From Octopus vulgaris (taxonomy: Eukaryota): DNA of 64,000 nt. The translations under genes and the position numbers were made by a program. The stretch's first letter is position 1. The number at the start of each line of letters is the position of its first letter. Location of the stretch: positions 744,001-808,000 of the forward strand of contig OX597816.1 in the NCBI GenBank assembly GCA_951406725.2, read 5' to 3'. The notes below the pieces were generated by a model, which was given only the letters and a program-made list of their open reading frames with translations, did no database searches and had not been told where the DNA came from. Below are positions 51,891 through 64,000 of the stretch, piece after piece.

Positions 51891-53069
51891 AAAATAATAG
51901 GTAAAAAGATTGAAGCCGAGATTGACCGAGGCTGGATTTGAACATACAAACTAAAATTCCATATATAAATACGACAATGTATTTTGCTTGCCACCTCTGC
52001 AAAAAATTTTAAAAAAAAGAAAAAAAAAAGAATGCCTTACAATGTTTGGTTGTATCTTTTTATGTTTTGGGTTCAAATTCTACCAAGGTCAATATCTTTG
52101 CTTTGAATTTTTCCATGTTTAGTAAAATATTTAATGAAATTAATAATTATGTCAATGAGGACGATAACAATGATGATGATAATGGTCATCATCATCATCA
52201 TTATCATCGTTCCTTATACAATTATAAAGCTTTAGTTCTGTAGAAGAAGGTCAAATGGAATGTGATGTTGCTTGTTCTCTTATTACAGGGGTGACTAAGT
52301 GAAATGTCCTCAAGCTAAAATCTTAAGAAATTGATTTTGTTCTCTAAGAAAGGCCCTCTTATTTCTAATTGACATGGCACAAGGCCACATTTTGCATAAA
52401 ATGCAGAGTAGCTGACTGATTGACTGAAACATTACCAAAATGGCACTACCATTTTTATCACAAAGTCAGCATCCTTTGGTGGGACTTGAGATCAGAATAT
52501 AAAAGAATTTAGCTAAATATAGTAAGACATCTCTTTTCTGGTATTCTACTGACTTTTCTCTCCAACTTACCAGCCTAAAATTTCTTTTAGTAATATTAAT
52601 ATCATGATTTCTAACTCTGACACATATTCTGAGAGTGAAATATCTGTGATTGAACCAACCCTAGCATTTGACTGCTACAGGCATTTCTGGAACTATGAAT
52701 GTCTGACTTACAAACATCCAAATCAACATTTGTAAAATCTGTTATGTTAAAAATTGGAATTACATCCATCATCATCATCATCATCATTACTTTATGCCCA
52801 TCTTTCCATGTTTGCATGGGTTTGATGGAATTTGCTGAGGCAGATTTCTCTACAGCAACCCACACCAATTTCTATATAAAGTAATATTTTCTCGTGGTTA
52901 GACATGTTTTCATGAAAGATTGAACACAAATGACACAACTTTTATGACAGGGATGCTCATTTACAGCTGTCATGTGATGTGAAGACAAGGAGACAGCAAC
53001 GCACACACACACACCCATTCACCCACATATGTATGTATGTATGTCTAATTAATAAATACAGAAACAGTC

Positions 53070-53258
53070 ATCATGATCATCGTTTAACATCTACTTTCCA
53101 TGCTAGCATGGGTTGAACGATTTGACTGAGGGCTGGCGAACCAGATGGCTGCACCAGGCTCCAATCTTGATCTGGCAGAGTTTCTACTGCTGGATGCCCT
53201 TCCTAATGCCAACCACTCCGAGAGTGGGTGCTTTTACGTGCCACCGGCACGGGGGCCA
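53070..53258 (-). mobile_element. RTE 3' terminal fragment
   Basis: RTE tail sequence. Confidence 0.8.
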
Positions 53259-53264
53259 GAAGGC

Positions 53265-53482
53265 AATTTTGATCTCCAACTTAACTTTGAGGTTGTGTTA
53301 GAACACAGAATACTGTATTATTTACCCGAGAGGATCTCATAAGGGCTCATGGTGTATAAAAGCACTCATCATTATATCCTGCTTTTATGCACCACAAGTG
53401 CTTATGAGAGATCCTCTCAGGGTAAATAACACAGTGTACTGTGTTCTAACACAACCTCCATGTTAAGTTGGAGATCAAGATT
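53265..53482. repeat. Imperfect inverted repeat, about 100-bp arms, 15-nt spacer
   Basis: TTGATCTCCAACTTAAC..GTTAAGTTGGAGATCAA. Confidence 0.85.
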
Positions 53483-53499
53483 ACAATTTATATTTGTAT

Positions 53500-53670
53500 A
53501 TATGACAGGCCACTTCAATTTCCATCTACCAGATCCACTCACAAGGCTTCAGTTGGCTCAGGGCTATAGTGGAAGACACTTCCCTAAGGTGCCATGAGGT
53601 GGGACTGAACACAAAAGCCATGTGGTTGGGAAGTAAACTTCTGAACCATACAACCATCCCTGCACCTATA
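53500..53670 (-). mobile_element. CORE-type SINE head
   Basis: CCACTCACAAGGC..GAAGACACTT..AAGGTGCC..CCATGTGGTTGGGAAG. Confidence 0.7.
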
Positions 53671-54599
53671 ATGATTGGTATATCATAAACAGTGGAACAA
53701 CTTCACAATAGACATCAGAACATTTCCAGTGGTTTGTCGGTTTGAGAAAGGCAAGCCTACACCGTCACCATTGTAAGTCAGATTACATAAACATCAAATT
53801 GTATGTGATATGCTTCACTATTTTCTTCTAACCAATAAACTATACAGTTTATTTTGAACTGGTATTGCTAGGTCATGGATTTCTGGATGTCATCCATATT
53901 CACTGAATTGAAAGTTATCCAGAGTAGACCATCCAGTTAATTCTCTTTGAAGTCCAGAGTTTTCCTCAGAAGATTGTCACTCTTTCCTATCATCAATTCT
54001 CCTATATAAACTAAAACTAAACTGGTACTTAACCAAATATTTGGTGATGGTTCATTTAACACAGCTATTTTTTAATCTACCCTCTCCCCTACCCTGTGAT
54101 AGGCAAGGATAGATGTACTGAGGGTCAGTTCATGTTCTTTCCAGTGTCATTGGCACCACCATTCATTTATTAAATCTAGTAAGGTCTTACTGATTTTTTA
54201 AGGACCAAATATCATCATCACTTGAATAAAATTAATTCTGGATCTGCATATTTAAATACATAATCCATATTTTTGTAACAATGTTTTCTCTTCCTGTCAC
54301 ATAATTTAACCGACATTTTGTAAGTTAGGATGACGAGTGTTCCAGTCGATCCAATCACCTTCACCACTCCCATATAAAACTGAAATGAATGCTCCACCAA
54401 ACCCTCCTATCCAGCTGGTAGAGAGCTGTAAGTACCTGATAATATTCAAGATGCCAGGCACTCAGTCTTGGCTTTCACATTACTGTGGATTGCAACTGTC
54501 AGAGAGGTGAGCGATGGAGAAGTGTGTAATAATAATAATAATAACAATAATAATAACAATAATAAATAATAATAATGATAATAATTATAATAATGACGA

Positions 54600-55150
54600 T
54601 GATGATTTCAAATTTTGGCACAAGGCCAGCAATTTTGATGGAGGATTAAGTCGATTACATTGACTGCAGTGCTCGACTGGTATTTTATTTTCCCTTCCTC
54701 GAGAGGACAGATGACAAAGTTGACATTGGTGGAATTTGAACCCAGAACATAAAGCCAGAAGAAATGCCAGAAAGCATTTTGTCAACTGGTACTTATTTTG
54801 TTGATTCCAAAAAGATGGATGACACAGTCAACCTCGGCAGCAGTTGCCATCCGGCACTTGAACTCAGAGCCTAAAGATGGACAAAATGCCACTAAGTATT
54901 GTGTCTGGTGTGCTAACCATTCTGCCAGCTTGCTGCTTTAATAATAATAATTTCAAATTTTGGTACACACATCTGCATACGTCCTCTATGTCTTTATATG
55001 TCCTAAATATATGTCTGCAGTTTATATTTCTGTCTTTATCACTGTATATGTCGTTGACTGGTCCTTATTTTAGTGATTCTGGAAGGATGATGCCGGTGGG
55101 GTTTAAACTCCGAATGTAAAAAGACATAATGCCACAAGGCCATTTATTCC
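54600..55150 (-). mobile_element. Cluster of degenerate tRNA-SINE copies
   Basis: Repeated CTGGTACTTATTT..GAACTCAG; similar clusters at 55560-55700 and 61625-62165. Confidence 0.65.
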
Positions 55151-56367
55151 AGACTCTGTGAACAAGGTTTTGATGACACACAACATCCAAACTAACATTT
55201 TGCTCATGCCACCATCACAATAGTTCTTAAAAACAAATGCTTACAATATTAACCATTCCTAACACATTCAAAGACATGATTTGTGGGAAGATAGATATAA
55301 TGGGTTATGTCACCCCTGAAGTTATTTAGATTTTTTTAATGGTATAGTGGGAGGAGTAAGGATAAAGCCCATAGCCCTTTGCAGGGTTCTTGATGCTGGT
55401 GGAAGAGAAATATGTAATCAGACTGAAGACTTGGACCAAATGCTTCCAACAATGTGGGCCCTTATAAGGTATACAGGGGGCCAGGTGACAATGATAAATC
55501 AGGAGATGGATTAAGTCTAGCACTCAAAGATTAATTCTATGAACCAAGGGATTACAATTAAGTCTACCACTCGATTGATATCTAATTTATTGACCCCTGA
55601 AGGATTGAAGGGCAATGTCAATTCAGGCAAGATTTGAACTCACAAATTGAAATAGACTAAACTAAATAACACCAGGTATTTTATTCAGCACTTTACCAAC
55701 TCTGTAATTATCACTAAGCATTTGGTTCGATGCATTGCTAACACTAATGATTACATTAATCATTTTCATTTTAATCCTTATTATTATTATTATTATTTCA
55801 GAACAAGGTGAGACTTATAAAGGAAATAGATTATAGGCTGTTTATGTTTTCCCCAAGGGCACTTAAGCAATGTAAATAAAGTGATTACAAATAATAACTG
55901 AATTCATATTGCAAACGCTGTTTGTTAGTGAGAACATGCAAAGAGTACTTTGCAAAAGTTGTCAAAGTGGAATGAATTATTTTACCATCAGGAAGAAGAG
56001 AAGTGTCACATGTTGAGTGGAACTCTCCATGGAAGTGAGGTAGACTGCTTCCCAAGCAAGTGAACTAAAGGGTCACAATGCTCTCATGAGTCTTATGACT
56101 AATAAATGGGGTGGGGGGGATGCCTAAGTGACAATCTGGACGAGCAGGAATTTGCAGAAAAAGAAATCAAACGGCCAACAACTTGCACTTTACGAATCTG
56201 TAGGCAGAACAGCAAACATCCACAAAACTGTTCTCAAGTTGAAACTTTGAATTTGCTTTTGTTATCAGCATTCCAATGATGGAGCTTTGTATCTTTATTT
56301 GAAATTTGCTCCTTCCTCATAAGAAGATTTCAAATCATTCAAAATAGAAGAGAAAATATATATATAT

Positions 56368-57508
56368 ATCATCATCGTCGTTTAACGTCCGCTTTCCATG
56401 CTAGCATGGGTTGGACGGTTCAACTGGGGTCTGGCGGGCCCGAAGGCTGCACCAGGCCAGTCAGATCTGGTAGAGTTTCTACAGCTGGATGCTCTTCCTA
56501 ACGCCAACCACTCTGAGAGTGTAGTGGGTGATTTTATGTGCCACTGATACAGGTGCCAGACGAGGCTGGCAGACGGCCACACTCGGATGGTGTTTTTTAT
56601 GTGCCACCGACACAGGTGCCAGACGAGGCTGGTGAATGGCCACGATCGGATGGTGTTTGTTACGTGCCCACAGCACGGAGGCCAGTCGATGCGGTACTGG
56701 CTACGGCCACGTTCGGATGGTTTTCTTATGTGCCACCGGCACTGGTACCACAAAGATACAAACTCCATTGATGTTCATCTATTTTGATTTGGTTTGATTT
56801 TGATTTTCACTTGCCTCAACAGGTCTTCACAAGTGTCACAAGAAGGAAGGTATGCACAGGTGGACTGACTACGTCCCAGGTAGGGGCCACAGGTTATGGC
56901 CTCACTTGGCTTGCCGGGTCTTCTCACGCATAGCATACTTCCATAGGTCTCGGTCTCTAGTCATTTCCTTGGTGAGACCTAAAGTTCGATGGTCGTGCTT
57001 CACCACCTCGTCCCAGGTTTTCCTGGGTCTACCTCTTCAACAGGTTCCCTCAACTGCTAGGGTGTAGGACTTTTGCACACAACTATCTTCAGCCATTCTC
57101 GTCACATGACCATACCAGTACAGCCGTCTCTCTTGCACACCACAACTGATGCTTCTTAAGTTCAACTTTTCTCTCAAGGTACTTACACTCTGTCGATTAT
57201 GAACACTGACATTACACATCCATCGGAGCATACTGGCTTCATTTCTTGCGAGCTTACGCATATCCTCAGCAGTCATGGCCCATGTTTCACTACCATGTAG
57301 CATGGCTGTACGTACACATGCATCATACAGTCTGCCTTTTACTCTGAGCGAGAGGCCTTTTGTCACCAGCAGGGGTAAGAGCTCTCTAAACTTTGCCCAG
57401 GCTATTCTTACTCTAGCCGTTACACTTTCAGCACACCCACCCCCGCTACTGACTTGGTCACCTAGGTAGCGGAAGCTATCAACTACTTCTAGTTTGTCTC
57501 CCTGGAAC
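56368..57508 (-). mobile_element. Young 5'-truncated RTE LINE
   Basis: ORF 57037..57510 LEVVDSFRYLG..HGSETW..ERRLYWYGHV; UTR; tail. Confidence 0.92.
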
Positions 57509-58847
57509 ATATATGACCATGTCTAGATATGCAACTATATGCATGAGAATACATACATAAAGCAAAATAGACAAATCTTCACACATACATACACACATAC
57601 AAATATCCTGTTGATGTTGAAATTTCAGTGAAGGCACCTTAAATCTAGGTTAGAAACCAGCACTTTCTCTATTGGCAAGAAATCTTGAAATAAAACTGAA
57701 CAATGACATACATACAAATCAGTTACAAGGCTGACCATTTTGACAAACTTAATCCCAAAACTTTTGGTCTCACAGAGTGATCTTGTGACTCTTTGGACAC
57801 CTGGGATGTTCTCAAAATCAAACAGTCATGATTATAACCCCCTGTTTGGTAAGTTATGGTTACAACCCACTTACCCAACCGTGAATAAATTTGATTTTAT
57901 CAAAGAAATATTATGTTCCATAAGTTTCATACTCCTTTTATTCCTTTTCTCTACCATTGGCGGACCCTAAACCTATTCTGAAGTTTTCGTTTTTTCTGTA
58001 CTTTCAACCTACCACGAACATCTAAACGTCCTTGCGATATCTATAAACACAAATGAGGCCTATGTTGGGGTAGGAATTATTATTCCAATTAAGGGATGCA
58101 ATCCCCACCCCCACCATTTTCTTTTAGAACGCGAGTTTCGCTCCATCCGTTCCTTAATTAAGACGACAGCTCTGTATGTAATAGCCAATATACATTTTAT
58201 AACGAATGGAATCGTAAACGTAAAAGTACAACCGCAAAGTACTGTAGTTGTTTCCTTATAAATATAAAAACAGACTTAAGAGATCGAAATAAACCAATAT
58301 TTTACTGCGTTAAATGTCAGTTCTGAAGACGATTAATAGATATGAATACACACGGAAACGCAAGTTTATAAATTCGCGCACTTTTGCCCCCAGATATCCA
58401 TTGCATGCCCCCATTCCACTCGCAGGTTCCCGACCATTCAAACACGCTTTGATTTCAAATATTGTGTTTCACAATCTAATGGAACTCGGGACATAAACAA
58501 CTTGCATTTCATTTAGAACCCATTTATCAACTATTTGTCTAAGTTAATTTTTTTAAAATGTTCCTTTTCACTTTCGATCTCGTGGCTCTCCAGCCGAACG
58601 GATTTGTATGTCAATCGTGTCTACTACAACGAAGAGCAAGGAGAGTGAGAGAAGGGACTGGTAACCAGAGAAGAAGATTAGGTAAACAATTCAATTGAAC
58701 ATTGTTATTCTTTGATAAGCCTGCAGCTGTTGAATGGCACGGACCTTGGATGGGCGGAAACACACACACACACACACACACACTACTCGTTTCCTTTCAT
58801 ACCTGCACTACATCTCTCTTTGCTTTTCCTATCTCTCTATTCGCAAC

Positions 58848-58920
58848 GTAGTAGTAGTGGTAGTAGTAGTAGTAGTAATAGTAGTAGTAGTAATAGTAGT
58901 AGTAATAGTAGTAGTAGTAA

Positions 58921-58967
<47 letters not shown>

Positions 58968-59049
58968 ATAGTAGTAGTAGTAATAGTAGTAGTAGTAATA
59001 GTAGTAGTAGTAGTAGTAATAGTAGTAGTAGTAGTAGTAGTAGTAGTAA

Positions 59050-59098
<49 letters not shown>

Positions 59099-59104
59099 GG
59101 TGGT
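58848..59104. repeat. (TAG)n/(TAA) microsatellite
   Basis: Seen directly. Confidence 0.95.
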
Positions 59105-59646
59105 TATTTACTTTGTTTTCATTTTGGTGAGTGGGACCCCATTTACCTATTTATTCATTTAATATCATCGATACCCGACATCATCAAAATCAATAAAACG
59201 TCTGAACAGGACGACGGATGCTGTAAAATGTATCTATTTATGACCGAAGACAGAGTTGCGTTAGAATGTAAGAGAATGCTTACAAATTATATAAACGTGA
59301 TATAAATGAATATATGGCGAAGTTTCGCTTGTCGTAACACAAGTTTTCCGTCGATTTCCGTAAAAAACTTTTATTTTTTTACATAAGTAATGAGAGCGAA
59401 AGAGACTAAGAGGAAGCGATTTTATGGCGAGGGAAGTGTCTTTGAAGTTACCGTCTAGGGGAAGCATTGATGTACATGTGTGTGTGTGTGTGTGTTTGAT
59501 GGGGTGTGGGAGACAGTCTGTTGTGTAAGTGAAGTGCTTCTGTTAGTGTGTGTGAAGAGACAGAGAGAGTAATGTGTGAAAGAGAGAGATAACTGAAATT
59601 TTTTACTCGGTGTATGTGTATATGTATGTGTGTGTGTGTATATATC

Positions 59647-59700
59647 TATGTATGTATGGCCGATTCATCGTAATTACGATGAATCGGCCATACATACATA
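59647..59700. repeat. Perfect 54-bp palindrome with no spacer
   Basis: TATGTATGTATGGCCGATTCATCGTAA|TTACGATGAATCGGCCATACATACATA. Confidence 0.95.
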
Positions 59701-60590
59701 CACACACACACACATACATGCAGACATACATATATGTCTCCAAATATATCTATCTATCTATCTATATAAGAATTGATGTGAAAGAAAAGGTGTTACATTA
59801 TCGCGCACGCACGCACACACACACAAAGGTGCACACGTCCACAAATGCGGATGCTTACATGTGGCCGCATCCACGTGTTTTTATCTAATTAAATGTGTGT
59901 CTGACGGAGATTGTGCCAAATGTCTTTTCGCATTCTCTCATTAGTGCAATCAATGAAGGCATCTGACGAGTCCATCGTTACTATTTTTACCTTTTCATTA
60001 ATAAAACTGATGCCAATCTATCGCTCTTCCTATTCTCCCTTTTCTGCTCGTTTACCTTTTTCCTTTTTTCTTCTTATCTTTCTCTTAACCTACATCACAT
60101 CTCCTTCTCGAACTTCTCTTTCGTTTCCCTTTTTCTTTTATTCCTCTCGCTTTTGTCTTTCCCTCCCCGATTCCATTTCCGTTGCTTTTTTTCTTAAACC
60201 ATATTCATGATCGTTTATTCATTTTTAAACAAAAATAACCATTATCAAAAGGGACATATCACATAAAGATATTCCATTGTTTGTGACATTACTAATATAT
60301 TTACCAAACACCACCATATGGACAAAACAGGATTGATTAAGAAATGCCAGAGCTGAGCAGCTACCTCGATACAAGTATTGCTATTATAAGACTCTTCACA
60401 CTATTCCTGGCTACCATCGCCTTACATAGCATCGCTCACAACTATCGTAGGCTGCACAGTAGAAACGTTTTTATAGATTATTGTAACTTTGTACTGTACC
60501 AGCTTGATCTCATTGCAATAGAGTGCCATTGTGCTAAGCAAAGCATGTATGTGTGTATGTATGCATGTATGTATTTGCATGTAATGTATG

Positions 60591-60644
<54 letters not shown>

Positions 60645-60743
60645 TACATATATATATATGTATGCATGTATAGTATGTATATATATATGTGTATATATAA
60701 GTATATATATATACATATATATACATATATATTATATATATAT

Positions 60744-60942
60744 ATACTAAGCAATAAATGGTTTAGCAACGAATTGCCTTACCACAGACCGAATTTAGAA
60801 ATAGCAGTCAAAGAGTTATAGCTATTTCTTCTACTAAAAAGGGAGATCTCAGTAGAAGAAATAGCTATAACTCTTTGACTGCTATTTCTAAATTCGGTCT
60901 GTGGTAAGGCAATTCGTTGCTAAACCCTTTATTGCTTAGTAT
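60744..60942. repeat. Inverted repeat, 92-bp arms with 1 mismatch, 15-nt spacer, beside (TA)n
   Basis: 60744-60835 versus 60851-60942. Confidence 0.92.
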
Positions 60943-61042
60943 TACTTAAATTTTCCTCGAATGAGGCTTTTACATGCCGAAGACTACTTGGTGTAATTGA
61001 TAATTATTCCAAATTAATTAATTTCACCCTTCATTATTACGG

Positions 61043-61168
<126 letters not shown>

Positions 61169-62685
61169 TAGGAAGTTGATTGTTATGGCTGGGTACATAT
61201 ATTATACATCTATGTACATGTATTTAATTATATAATTATACATATATATAAGTAAAATATATACATGTACAAGTATTGTATACATACATATACATGTATG
61301 TATAATTATAGATCACCGCGATCTATCATACAAATATCGTAGCATTTCTTTTTTTTTAAATATTTTCATTAAACGTCTATTTCCCTTATATTGCCTATTT
61401 TTCGATTGCAGTTGATAATCATGATCAATGACTTCTAATTTCTTTGCAATGTATCTCAGTTGTACTCAGAACGGTGACGTACATTTAAAACGAAATTATT
61501 CCAAGTGAAAAACCTTCAGATTTACCACTGACACGTTATCGCACTCTTCTTCACGCCATGGGTTTAGAATTTTTTAAGAATGGTTGTGTATACAATAGAG
61601 AAAGAACGAAAGGTAATAAAATAATTGCTTCGAGCTTCGGCACAAAGCTAGCATCGACCCCCGTAGTTAACTGGTACTTCATTTTCTCGCTCTCATATGG
61701 GTAAAAGTTGACCTCGTGGTGATTTGAACTCAGATCGTCGAGAAGATGCTATAATGGTTCTGCCAGCTCGCCAATAATAAAGATTTCAAATTTTTGGCAC
61801 AATGCCAGCTATTTCGAGGAGGGAGGTAGTCGATTACGTCAACTCCAGTATTCAAATGGTACTTTATTTATCGACCCCGAAAGGATGAATGCAAATGTCA
61901 TCCTCATAGGATTTGAACTAAGAATACAGAGTCGAAATTAAACATACTAAAGCATTTTAATCCTATTTTTGTATTAATGATGATGAGAAGGAGGAGGAGG
62001 ATGACGACGATGATCTCTCCTATTAGCATAATCCTTACTACTTTAAGCAGAAAGACAGAAATTTGGCGGGAGGTGGGGGGGCTTGTCGATTCCATTGACC
62101 CCTGGTGCTGATCTGGTTCTTATTTCACGACCCTAGAAGAACGAAATACAAAGTTGGCCTCGGTGGACGGTGCCGGGCGGCAGCAAGCTTTTCTCTTTCT
62201 TTTTGTTTTTTTTCTTAATCACTTAATTCTGCCATCAACAACATATGGAATTCTTTGAAAATCGATAACTGATTAAAAGGAAATTGGTAACCCAGGGCTT
62301 CCACATTGATGACCTGATGGTTAAAATAGTCTAAAAATAAAGGAACACACACACACACATTCTCATAGTGTTCAAATACACGCATAGACTCTTTTTACTC
62401 TTTTACTCTTTTTACTCTTTTTACTCTTTTACTCTTTTTACTCTTTTTACTCTTTTACTCTTTTATGAACACGTACAAACTATGCAAACGAAAAAAGTTT
62501 TAAATTAAGAATTAAAAAGAAATAAAAATTCGAAATTGGTAAAAAAGCTTTTGAAAATGGAAATTTTTTTAGCCTCGAATAATTACATATTGTTCTGGAA
62601 AATGTTACACACACACACACACACACATGCATGCATGCATGCATGAGTGCCTGTGATTCTCCGGATTTATGTATTTCTACAAACG

Positions 62686-62777
<92 letters not shown>

Positions 62778-63377
62778 TAACAGTCAAAAAGAATGAATAA
62801 GTTGAATTTCATTAAAAAATGGGTTTTAAGATATATTTTGTTCCCGAATACATACACACACACACACACACACACGTATATATATATATACATATACATA
62901 CATACATATATTATATATATATATAAATGTATGTATATACACACACACATACATATATATGCACACACATGTATATATTTGTCTTAAATTAAATTTTCCA
63001 TTTCCCCTGTGGTCGGGTTTACCTCTGGCTCCTCTCGCTTTCCTTGCTGACCGGGTTCACATCTGTTTGGTTAGCTGCATCTTGATGGTAGAATCTCTTT
63101 TCCTCCTTTTTTTAACTTTCACTTCTCCACTTCTCCATCTGGGTGGGTTTTCTTCCTTTCCCAGACTTACATGTCATTCACATTATATATTCATTGTCGA
63201 TCACATTTCCCTGATTTGAAATTAGAATTTTTTGGCATGTAATCATTTTTTTTTTTTTTCTTAATCAATTAATTAATTTCAGAAATTTTCTATTTCGATA
63301 CATGTCAGTCTTTGATACTGAGTTGTGTATAGATGTTTATCTGTATGTACATGTATATATTAATTTATATACATGTA

Positions 63378-63414
<37 letters not shown>

Positions 63415-63736
63415 GTGTCTATATACATACATTTATGTATATACCTGTATACATTCATTTTATATAGAAATATGTCTATATACATGGCATATATATATAT
63501 ATGGCATATATATATATATATATATATATCTATATATACATTTTTACATACGTACATATATATATATATATGTATATGTGTATATATATATATGTATATG
63601 TGTGTGTGTGTGTGTGTTTTATGCACACATATGTACGTGCACATATACCTGTGTAAGTGTGTGAGAATGTATATAACAAAAGTGTTTACTTAGAAAGGGA
63701 ATCCTCTATACAATTGTAATAATAATAATAATAATG

Positions 63737-63772
<36 letters not shown>

Positions 63773-63890
63773 GTTGCAGTGCTTCTGGATTTCTATTTAT
63801 ACCAATGTATTAAGGAATCCTTTTTCACATAAGAATCGCGTGCAAACTTAAAGTAGGTAGTGATGAAGGTCGGAATTATGCGTTCGTTGT

Positions 63891-63935
63891 TGATTCTGAC
63901 AAGCTGAGGGAAAGCCTTGCGAAAGCATTTGGTCG
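63891..63935 (+). ncRNA. Decayed hammerhead motif
   Basis: TGATT-CTGACAA (G8>A)-GCTGAGG(GAAAG)CCTTGC-GAAA-GCA-TTT-GGTCG. Confidence 0.4.
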
Positions 63936-64000
63936 CTTCGTCCAGGTAATAATGAGGCATCGAAGGAAAGAGGTGATGTACTTGGTGGGTGTCGATGGAA

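Overview
AT-rich, repeat-saturated eukaryotic DNA. The repeat families suggest a coleoid cephalopod (octopus-like) genome; this is an inference. No host protein-coding gene is recognisable, and almost all short ORFs are microsatellite or transposon read-through. Contents: many RTE-clade LINE 3' fragments with (GAT)n tails, R4/Dong-like and CRE restriction-like-endonuclease LINE relics, a fragmented Penelope-like element (PLE), two tRNA-derived SINE families with interchangeable tails, piggyBac ends and MITEs, three non-autonomous Helitrons, and one near-intact Tx1/L1-clade LINE (ORF1 CCHC; ORF2 APE-RT-zinc finger) lying inside a Helitron. Highlights: (1) a dispersed set of type-I hammerhead ribozyme motifs, several in long head-to-head palindromes next to (TA)n, including one perfect 126-bp-arm palindrome whose core carries a compensatory G3-C8 swap; (2) a Helitron family with a self-complementary CTAG-hairpin-CTAG end and shuffled cargo (a hammerhead, an RTE fragment, a whole LINE); (3) a SINE whose 3' tail matches the 3' end of that Tx1 LINE. 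All alignments and folds were done by eye.
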